Origin: Octopus vulgaris
Taxonomy: Eukaryota
Length of the DNA stretch: 64,000 bases
Assembly (NCBI GenBank): GCA_951406725.2
Contig: OX597816.1
Location: 92,194,001-92,258,000 of the forward strand
Direction of reading: 5' to 3'
Position numbers and translations under genes: made by a program
Notes under the pieces: model-generated
What the model saw: only the letters and a program-made list of their open reading frames with translations
The model's database searches: none
Told to the model about the DNA's origin: nothing
Part shown: one piece after another, positions 55,039 through 64,000 of the stretch
Layout: the number at the start of each line of letters is the position of its first letter
How positions within the stretch are numbered: position 1 is the stretch's first letter

Positions 55039-55499
55039 AATAATTATAATAATAATAATAATAATAATATTAATAATAATAATAATAATAATAAAGGATA
55101 AGAAACTCAGAATGGAAAGACGTTCAGCATGACAGAATATCGCTCAGGAAGGCCAGATCAAATAGTGTAATTTTCTATGCGGCTATCCATGTGAACAGCG
55201 TTGGAAATTGGGGCCACACCTACCCTGCATAGGCCTGTGTAACCTCTGAGTCTGTTAATATAACAATGACAAATAGTAAAAGATTAAAAACAATAATATC
55301 AGTGGTATCAATGCTGATAATAATAGTAGTAACAATAATGAAAGGAAGTGATGGTGTCACAATAAAAACACTGGTAATTGTGCAACCTGATAATCGCTAT
55401 CTCATATGAGTGACAATGAAAAGAAACAAAATATTGTGAATAACGGTGGTAATGAAACTGAAACCATTGATGGTGACAGTGTTGCACCCGGCAGGCTCA

Positions 55500-56050
55500 G
55501 AGATTCTGGTCTAGATGTCAGCCTGTGGATATCGTGAAAAAGACCACCACACACGGCGTAGATGGAGCAAATAAATTAATGCTGTGGTCATGGACACTTT
55601 GCAACAAGTATGGACTTCACAGAGCAAAAAATTGGTACGATCAAAAAACCGAAGGCATCATCGAAAATGATAATGTAAAGATCGTGTGGGATTTTATGAT
55701 TCAGTGCAACCATGAGACAGAGAATAGGAAGCCATACATAGTCTTAATTGAGAAAGAAAGCAAACAATGCTGGTTCATATATATAGCATGCTCAGCTAAC
55801 AACAGGGAAGAAAGAAAAGTTGATAGATATGACAGGTTAGCTTGTGAGGTTAAGCAGTTGTGGTCGATGAAAAAGGTGGTAGTAGTAACAATAATTGTCG
55901 GATCCCTGGGAATAGTGAGCAAAAATCTTGAGAAGTACATGGAATAAATAGGGGCTGCAATAAGGGTGGAGCACTTGCAGGCAACAGCACTTGGTAGTGA
56001 ACAGCTGATACCGTAGTACGTCTCCAGCGTTGAATCTGTGCAAAGGCAAT
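55500..56050 (+). mobile_element. Dong-A 3' fragment (RLE domain and 3' UTR)
   Basis: WDFMIQCNHETENRKPYIVLIEK...YDRLACEVKQLWSMKKVVVVTIIVGSLG, highly similar to the 5520-6952 copy; same 3' UTR gtgaacagctga..ccgta.tac...ccagcgtt; ends in (TAA)n. Confidence 0.92.
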
Positions 56051-56155
56051 GATAATAGTAATAATAATATTTAAGGACTGACGTTACTCCTCCCGAAGGT
56101 AAAGGAACAATAAGAAGAGTGCGACTGTTATCGAATGAACAATATTTCGACACTC

Positions 56156-56160
56156 TAATG

Positions 56161-56242
<82 letters not shown>

Positions 56243-56250
56243 TAATAAGA
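56156..56250. repeat. (AAT)n microsatellite
   Basis: Directly visible. Confidence 0.97.
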
Positions 56251-56251
56251 A

Positions 56252-56460
56252 TAGCTCCAGAAAACAGTGTTATTAGGGGCAGCTAGCTCCAGAAAACAGT
56301 GTTATTAGGGATAGCTAAGATACTTAGGAGCGTTCTTAGCATCTAAGTTTACTTGCTGTAACCCAATAGGAGGTTTCTTGGCATCTAAGGCTACTTGTTG
56401 TAGCCCGATCTTAGGATGTTTTTATTTACCAGCTGTCTAACCTGTTGCGTGTATCTGAAA
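56252..56460 (+). mobile_element. 3' tip of a third Dong-like family with internal duplications
   Basis: LQKTVLLGIAKILRSVLSI* (typical R4/Dong ORF end), then 3' UTR and (AAT)n; a 27-bp exact duplication at 56252-56278 / 56284-56310. Confidence 0.75.
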
Positions 56461-56481
56461 ATAATAATAATGATAATAATA

Positions 56482-56698
56482 ATCCTTTCTGCTATAGGCA
56501 AAAGGCCTGAAATTTTGAGGGAAGGGGTAAGTCGATTACATCGACCCCAGTGCGTAACTGGTACTTATTTCAGCAACCCCGAAAGGGTGAAAGGCAAAGT
56601 CGACCTCGGTGGAATTTTAACTTTGAACATATAGACAGACCAAATACCACTAAGCATTTTACCAGGCATGCTAACGATTTTGTCAGCTTGCCGCCTTA
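56482..56698 (-). mobile_element. SINE family B, full length, embedded in (AAT)n
   Basis: tcctttctgctataggcaaaaggcctgaaatttt...cccgaaagggtgaaaggcaaagtcgacctcggtggaattt...gccgcctt. Confidence 0.9.
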
Positions 56699-56716
56699 AT
56701 AATGATAATAATAATA

Positions 56717-56830
56717 ACTTTCCATACAATAACCATCATAGCATCACAACAAATCACAGCACATACCCAAGGCCCACAGAACTGCACTCGGTAGTGAAGT
56801 GAAAGCACGCTATAAAAATAAAACTACTGA
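56717..56830 (+). mobile_element. Dong-B 3' UTR only (extreme 5' truncation)
   Basis: Matches 27692-27806: gcatcaca.caaa.cacagcacata.ccaaggc.cacaga...ctcggtagtg.agt.aa.gcacg.tataaaaataa..ctactg(aat)n. Confidence 0.9.
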
Positions 56831-56839
56831 ATAATAATG

Positions 56840-56884
<45 letters not shown>

Positions 56885-56955
56885 GTAGTAGTAGTAGTAG
56901 TAGTAGTAGCAGCAGCAGCAGCATCAGATGTAGTGATAGTAGTAGTTGCAGCAGT

Positions 56956-57004
<49 letters not shown>
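56831..57004. repeat. (AAT)n-(AGT)n-(AGC)n compound microsatellite
   Basis: Directly visible. Confidence 0.95.
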
Positions 57005-57005
<1 letters not shown>

Positions 57006-57385
57006 AGTAAGGCATGAACACACACAACAGGTTGTGATACAGAACGGTTAAATTCTTCTTTAAAATTAATGTTTTCAATTCTATTCTTCCGTTGTCTTCT
57101 GTCTGGGCTCATATTCATTTACATTATAGACGTTATCACTCCCACCACCATGGCGAACTCCTCTTCCTGTTATTTCTAAAGCAATTGTTAACCCGAAACT
57201 ACAAAATAAGTAAATATTTACTGAAATATATATATACTGTCAGTTATAATATCTACCTCTATCACGCTCCAGTTGATGAACCATGAAACAATTTCCAATT
57301 TGTTAGTAATACTGCCACAAAATAACGTTTTCCCTTAGATAATCCTGTTAAAATCAATATACACGTCCGTGTAACAACAACAGTT

Positions 57386-57560
57386 GCTGGAGGCGCAATG
57401 GCCCAGTGGTTAGAACGCGGTTTCAATTCCCAGACCGGGCATTGTGAGTGTTTATTGAGCAAAAACACCTAAGCTCCACGATGCTCCAGTGGGGGAGGAT
57501 GATGAACCCCGCTGGACTCTTTCCCCACAACTTTCTCTCACTCTTTCTTCCTACTTCTGC
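57386..57560 (+). mobile_element. SINE family C head (related to 1253-1561) with an internal deletion in the tRNA region
   Basis: ggaggcgcaatggcccagtggttaga...cagaccgggc..tgtg.gtgtttat...cctaagctccacg...gactctttc.ccacaactt. Confidence 0.8.
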
Positions 57561-57839
57561 CACAAAGCAGAGGAACCATGGTGTAATCCACTATGGTGTG
57601 GTAAACTTTCAGACCCTAGTCTAGATTGCGAATCCTCTGTACCCAGGATAGTTCAGCTCTCCACCCGTTAAAAGCCACCGTTTACGGAATGAGGATAACA
57701 ACGTAGCTTTCGCGCCCGTGCAACCGCCAGTCTATCGTGTGTGGTGGGTGGATCTTCAAGTTGCCACACACATTCTTAGTAGCTCAGAGTAGGCTTGAAT
57801 TAGAGATTATTCTTTGTGGCTAATAGCGAGTCCTGATTG

Positions 57840-57964
57840 GAAGAAGAAGAAGAAGAAGAAGAAGAAGAAGAAGAAGAAGAAGAAGAAGAAGAAGAAGAAG
57901 CAGAAGAAGAAGAAGAAGAAGAAGAAGAAGAAGAAGAAGAAGAAGAAGAAGAAGAAGAAGAAGA
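57840..57964. repeat. (GAA)n microsatellite
   Basis: Directly visible; source of the poly-S and poly-F ORFs. Confidence 0.97.
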
Positions 57965-57974
57965 CAAAGGTTGA

Positions 57975-58190
57975 TCCTGAGTGAGGCACAAGACCAGCAA
58001 TTTGGAGACGAGGGGAAGTAGTTGATACCATGAATTCTAGTACTTAGCCTGGCACTTCATTTTATGATCTCCGTAAAGATAAATGGCAAACCTGACCACA
58101 GAGGGATTTGAACATTGAACGTAAGGATCCGGAACAAATACTGGAAACCATTTCCCCCGAAGTTTTAACGATTCTTCAAACTTGCCAGCA
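57975..58190 (-). mobile_element. Diverged SINE family B copy
   Basis: ggcacaagaccagcaatttgg tail; aaagataaatggcaaacctgacc...gggatttgaac core. Confidence 0.6.
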
Positions 58191-59420
58191 ATTTTGGTGG
58201 GGTAGGTTTTCCGATATTATTGAATCCAGTGCTAAACTGGTATATATTTTGTGACCTCACCAGGAAGTCCGTCGCTCAAACTATTCCCTCAGTCTAAAAG
58301 TTTCAATTTATTAACCACAATGGTTTAAAGGCAATAAGGATAGTACATTAGATGTGATACAATACAGTGAATGTTTGCATAGGAAACGCGTAAGATAAAC
58401 CGTAGTCATTAATAGAGTACCTACATAAAACCAACGAAGAACTCCACAGCCCTTCGGTTACCCTGATAAAATGCCTTCTCTCAAGACTACTTATAGTAAA
58501 CTTTTTCAGAGGGGTAATTTTCACCACCAAACACATATAATTTTTTTAAATAAGTAAATAAATAAGAATTCATAGAAAGTAGTACCCTCTCTCTAACTTT
58601 GTCATTGAGTAAGATTAAGTGTGTTTTCAGGCATTTCAGTCACGCCCAGCACACAGTATCTTTGGTTATACTCATCAGAGGAAAGCTGTCTATCCTTGGC
58701 CAAAATGACAATCATCACAATGGATTCTGCCAGATGTTTTCTACTCGTGTCGCTAACTGTTTGACCTAATATCACAAATCAAGCGCACCCCCTTGTTTTG
58801 GAGGAGTGAGAAATATTGTGTTCATTCCGCTGCCATTCCAGTAAACTGTTGCCTTCCCACATCACCAACATTTGCTTTGTCGCTGCCATTATTCTTGTTA
58901 CTGTCGCTGTGTTGTTGTTGCTACCGCTGCTGTTGTTTTTGTTGCTGCTACCGTAGCGGTTGTTGTCGCAACTGTTGACTTTGTTATAGTTGCTGTTGTT
59001 AGAACCGTCGTTTTGTTGTTTTTCTCGTAAACTATTTTTTCCGTTATTGCTTCTGGTTTTTCAGTTGGGGCAAAAGGAATGACTGCAATTCAATTTTTTT
59101 TATTCAAATGCTTAATTTCACGTTTGTCACTTCATGAATTGTGATGGGCGTGTGTCCTGGTGTCGACATAGTGTTAGACCTTAAATTTTACGATCTGAAG
59201 AAATTTTTGTCGTTAGAGAGATGCCGCCTAAGAGCCTCATTTAGAATCTTTGTCTTCAAATCGGAAAATAGTGAGGTTTATGTGACGAATCGTTAAGTTA
59301 AAAATCCAAACAAAGTAGTTCCAAGGAAAACAACTGACCTTCTATGAGCCAAAGTGAAGAACATCAAGCATAGGACAAAAACAACAACAACAGCATCATT
59401 AATAATAATAACGATACTGG

Positions 59421-59452
<32 letters not shown>

Positions 59453-60156
59453 GTGGTGGTGTTAATAATGATGATGATGATGATGATGACAACAACAGCA
59501 ATAATAATTGGTTGGGACCGAATTATCTGAGAATCATATTCGATATTCGGTCTCGATTCTTAATTGCTGCCATTTTATTCGTCATTTATAACTCTAATGC
59601 TCTTGATAAAGACATGAATGTCAACGGATTTTATGGCGCTTCTTTATAAATCTAATTTTTCTTATGTAAGAAAAACCTCATTTGTTACAATAAGGATAAC
59701 TAATTGCTCTACAATATATGATTTCTGTTGCTTCTTTAAGTTTTACTGCAGTTGACTTTGACATTTATCCCACCTCACATTTTTTAAAAATTTGTATCAG
59801 TAACGTATTGGAGGGAAAGATAAATGTTAATTCCTCTTTTTATAAGTGAAAAACCTCATTGAAATCACTATATTTTAACTAGGTGATGCTGAGTTAAATT
59901 AAAACCACATTAGTTGTCAGTTAGTATAGTTTCACTTTCCTTGTTAATGTCATTTGTGAAGGTAAGCACGTCAGAACCATCTATTTACCATCTCTTAATT
60001 AATAAATCCTTATTTTATTCTGCGTTCAAAGAAAAAAGACATTTGCCATTGAATCTATTTAACGAGGCATAATCAACTTTTAGAAAATGAAAATTGAATG
60101 TTTTTAATTATTAATAGACATTTGATTTCATTATAGCTGAGATATTCTTAAATTTA

Positions 60157-60158
<2 letters not shown>

Positions 60159-60206
<48 letters not shown>

Positions 60207-60236
60207 GAGAGGGAGAGAGAGAGAGGGAGAGAGAGA
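60159..60236. repeat. (GA)n microsatellite
   Basis: Directly visible. Similar simple repeats at 59420-59490 (GAT), 61395-61480 (TACA/TA) and 62368-62415 (TA). Confidence 0.95.
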
Positions 60237-61409
60237 AAAGATTTAATCATCATTGGCACGAGTTATTAAGTAGATTCTTGCGTGCATTAGGGAGATCATT
60301 TTTAAGAGCGATAAAAAAATACACACAAAAAAATAAAAAAAGCAAAAAAAAAAAAACGTAACGAAAAAAGACAAAAATAAGAACATAAATTTCTATACAT
60401 AGATCCTTATTGAAACTTAGCGGAGTTGACATAAATGACGCAAGAGGCCAAACCATTTTTATTACAAAATATCAGCCAATATTGTATCAATATCAGTTCT
60501 TGGAAGATTTCGGAAAACATTGTTGTAAAGCCTGCATTAGTTGTGTAGCGTTTGATGAAAGGTAATATCCGGTGAAACTAATCGATGCTCCACTTTTCTT
60601 TTATTAAAACTTTGCCAATATCTAGCTTCCTGTTAGCAATCGTTCAAAGAGAATTTTTCTTTAAATTTCAATTATTTTTCTCCGCAAAGTTTTCTAAAAG
60701 GAACATATAACATTTGTCTTTAATTAATCTGAAGGTAAGATATACGGGCGTTTAGAGAAGGTGGTGGTTGCAGAAGATTTTAGCCAATTATAATCATGAT
60801 GTGATATTCAGAAATTATATTTTGGCAAAGTACTCGAGAATATTTAAAGCTGAATGATATGCATTTCCCTCGCAAAGAACAATGACCACAAGTATAATTT
60901 ATGACTTTTTAAATATAGCAAGTTTATACGAAAATCGTTTTTTATAAGATACAATACATTTTAAAGTAAAAAAGTTAGTAATGATTTAGTATATCAATTA
61001 TTCTGGTGTGTCTACATGAAATATTACACAGAAAAAATTTACATTTAACAAATATTAACTTAACTATAGACATTATCCCATTTATAATATTACTCACGCA
61101 TGGGGATAAGACAAATTTAAACAAATTATAGATATGTAGACTGGTCAATTTCAGGAAAAAATAAATAGTTTCTGGTTCAAATAATGTCATCCAACTGATA
61201 AAACTTATTTGTAAAATATTTCAGTTCAGCAACTTGTTTCTTTCCTTCAGTACATGGTTACAGTAATTTTAACATTATAACCGTGATCTTGCAAACAAGA
61301 CAAGCTAGTACCACAAAGAAATTTATAGTAAGGTATATTACATTTTTATGGCATTTAATTTATGATTTAGTATAGCAATTAACTTCGTATATACACATAC
61401 ATACATACA

Positions 61410-61487
<78 letters not shown>

Positions 61488-61644
61488 TATATAAATGTAT
61501 GTATGTATATCATGTAATAGAAGCTACTTTATAATGTAAAAATTACCGATAACACATAACGTGTGTTGTTTAAACCACACAAACTAGCTATTAAACAGCT
61601 CATGTACGTTCACTATGTGGTATTGGTAATGTATAGGTGTATCT

Positions 61645-61737
61645 TTTATTCTTTATCGTTTACTTGTTTCGATCATTAGACTCCGTCCATGCTGGGACAC
61701 CACCTTAGAGAATTTTTAGTCGAATGAATCAACCCCA
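61645..61737 (-). mobile_element. SINE family A tail fragment
   Basis: tttacttgtttcgatcattagact...catgctgg..caccacc...tagtcgaatgaatcaacccca is the reverse complement of the family A 3' end. Confidence 0.7.
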
Positions 61738-62270
61738 CTACTAGATACAGAACTCTGGCTGGAATCAGTGAATAATAAAACCCTAATCATTCATTTACAC
61801 TATGTCAAACCTATAGCCTCCAAATATCTGATCCACAGGAACTCAGCTATCGCGGACGATGTCAAATTCAATCTATTGATGGCAAACCCTATCAGAATAA
61901 TGAGAAATGTGTTCCGCGTGAGTGAACCTATGATTTAAAGAGACACATACAATACTTCGTTCTCCGCATGCACTTCTCAGGATACAGCCATAGAAGAGGG
62001 ATCAGAGTATACAAAGGAGCCATGAGGAAATATGAAACTATTATTTGTAACATAGACACACACGGGTATACGCATGCGCAAATAAAGACATTTGCAACAG
62101 GAATACAAAATGGCAGATCGTCAGGAAGGAGAGACACAAGAAATAAAAGAAGAAAGCAAAGGACCACTGATGACGTCACAAAAGTGTGACGAAAGAACTC
62201 TGGCCGAAATGCAATTAACATGAAGTAAAGCTGAAGCAAGCAAACACCGAATATATAGTGCGTGTGCTTT
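61735..62270 (+). mobile_element. Penelope-like retroelement fragment (RT C-terminal/thumb region plus probable pseudo-LTR)
   Basis: 61735-61935 reads PLLDTELWLESVNNKTLIIHLHYVKPIASKYLIHRNSAIADDVKFNLLMANPIRIMRNV; after a frameshift, DLKRHIQYFVLRMHFSGYSHRRGIRVYKGAMRKYETI. These match the Penelope RT patterns PxLDxxxW / YxKPMAS...IH..SA / RMxxSGY. Confidence 0.8.
62161..62205 (+). ncRNA. Minimal type I hammerhead ribozyme candidate
   Basis: Core CTGATGA (62167-62173), one extra C, stem II GTCACA/TGTGAC with AAAG loop, GAAA (62191-62194), 4-nt GAAC, then TC (predicted cut after 62200); stem I gg(a)cca / tggcc. Confidence 0.7.
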
Positions 62271-62366
62271 CATAGGCTAAATTGGCAACATGACAATCCC
62301 CAAATACAACAATATCTGTTTCAAAACGTGTTCACTCCAAGAATCTTGCAAAACGAATACATAAAC

Positions 62367-62425
<59 letters not shown>

Positions 62426-62471
62426 TGAGTGTATGTTATTATTGTTAACAACAACAATAGTAATAATAATA

Positions 62472-62576
62472 ATCCTTTCTACTATAGACAATGGCTAAAA
62501 TTTTGGGGAATGAGGATGGTCGATGACATCAACCCCTAGGGTTCCACATCCGAAGGGATGAAAAGTAAAGTCGACA
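62472..62576 (-). mobile_element. SINE family B tail fragment
   Basis: (aat)n-cctttctactatagacaatggctaaaattttgggg...ccgaagggatgaaaagtaaagtcgac. Confidence 0.7.
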
Positions 62577-63240
62577 ATGCATGATCTTGCGAGACTTTAT
62601 GTTGGAAGAAGAAATAAAGGAGGTAGAAGATTAATAAGTTGTGAAGAAAACAACATAGCTTGGTACCTAAAAAATATAAAAGGTAACTTTATGCCAAAAG
62701 TAGGAGAACTTGACACACTGAAAACAACTGATATACTAACAGTGAATCAATATAAGAAGAGAGTGAAAAAAGAGTACAAATTTATGCACGAGTAGTACAT
62801 TAGAGATAAGTAGGCATTGATTGAGAAGAGAGTTAGTTGTGGCTTTAAATGGCGATCTGTAAGGATGCACTGAAGTTCTGGTGTGCAACAACCAGGCAGA
62901 CTCTCTGAACTAACTACATTAAGCATCATGTTGACAAAACGAATGAATCATCATTATGTAGAATGTGTGGAACAAAAGGAGAAGTGATCAGCTATCTTGT
63001 AAGGGAATGTGCTAAGCTGGCACTGCGAAAGTACGGCATGATAATGTTGCCAGATGTATCCACTGGATGATATCTGACAAATGTAGCTTTGTCAGAGCAG
63101 CTAAATGATGTGAGTAGAAACCAGAAAGAAGTGTTAGAGAATGATAAACTTAAGCCTTTGAGGCACTTCACCATTCAATATGATAAGATAATTAAAGCAA
63201 GAGGACCAGACATTGTATTTGTGAACAAGAAAGAAAAACA
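62577..63240 (+). mobile_element. Decayed R4/Dong fragment (thumb, CCHC knuckle and start of RLE)
   Basis: DLARLYVGRRNKGGRRLISCEENNIAWYLK; TNYIKHHVDKTNESSLCRMCGTKGEVISYLVRECAKLA; RHDNVARCIHW; IIKARGPDIVFVNKKEK. Confidence 0.88.
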
Positions 63241-63547
63241 GGCCCCTTTGAGCTGAGTGGGTTACTCGACCAGAAGAAATTTGTAAGTGGGCCCCACCTG
63301 CAAGGTCATGTGCTGTTTATCTTGATATGAGATCACCATGTCATGCACATATGGTTGTGATACATTTGCCTGGTGTACCCTTATCACACGGGTAGTCAAG
63401 ATGGGTATACTGGGCTTCGTATATTATACCCCAGTGTCATGCACAACTCTCTCGATAATAATAATAATAATTTAAATAATAATAATAATAAGCACATAAG
63501 AACAAGCACGGAGAAATATACAATATGAAGCTGTAGAATATGTGATT

Positions 63548-63615
63548 ATGGAGAAGAAACAACAAATCATATTCTTTCTGGTTCCCAAGTCCTAAGAGGG
63601 AATATGGGAATATAC

Positions 63616-63666
<51 letters not shown>

Positions 63667-63739
63667 TATATATATATTTCTTCATTCTTAGCCAGGACTA
63701 GGGAAACAGAAAGAATATGATTTGTTGTTTCTTCTCCAT
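63548..63739. repeat. 46-bp inverted repeat enclosing a (CA)n/(TA)n spacer (MITE-like foldback)
   Basis: 63548-63593 pairs with 63694-63739 at 44 of 46 positions. Confidence 0.9.
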
Positions 63740-63764
63740 CAATATATATATATATATATTTACC

Positions 63765-64000
63765 CTTTTACTCTTTTACTTGTTTCAGTCATTTGACTGC
63801 GGCAATGCTGGAGCACCGCTAAGTAACGGGGACAGAAACACACCAGCATCGATTGTCAAGCAATGCTAGGGGGACAAACACAAACACACACACGCATATA
63901 TATATACATACATATATACGACGGCCTTCTTTTCAGTTTCCGTCGACCAAATCCACTCACAAGGCTTTGGTCGGCCCGAGGCTATAGTAGAAGACATTTG
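63765..64000 (-). mobile_element. SINE family A (runs off the window end) with an 80-bp internal deletion
   Basis: Matches 22931-23260 except that the segment between the two accgc motifs is missing. Confidence 0.9.

Noticed and set aside
55260-55480. Asn/Asp/Ser-rich coding-like stretch (similar at 58850-59060)
   Set aside because: Degenerate trinucleotide microsatellite.

Overview
AT-rich, microsatellite-dense eukaryotic non-coding DNA (intronic or intergenic). I found no confidently supported host protein-coding gene, rRNA, true tRNA or CRISPR array. The repeat families match, from recall and not a database search, those of octopus (coleoid cephalopod) genomes. The window is mostly decayed transposons: (1) about ten fragments of restriction-like-endonuclease (RLE) non-LTR retrotransposons of R4/Dong type, several sitting in (TAA)n tracts; (2) one CR1/L2/jockey-like RT fragment; (3) Penelope-like fragments; (4) mariner relics and MITEs, plus a hAT-type MITE; (5) more than 25 copies of at least five short interspersed repeat families; (6) many simple repeats, which account for most ORFs in the supplied track. 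The best non-obvious signal is a near-intact minimal type I hammerhead ribozyme (62161-62205) directly downstream of, and sense to, a Penelope-like RT fragment. Also notable are two strong inverted repeats (54349-54418, 63548-63739), a SINE-head/LINE-tail fusion (5447-7037) and an (AAT)n hotspot of stacked insertions (54.6-57.0 kb). None of this proves a wholly new system; these are candidates to test. Boundaries of decayed elements are approximate.
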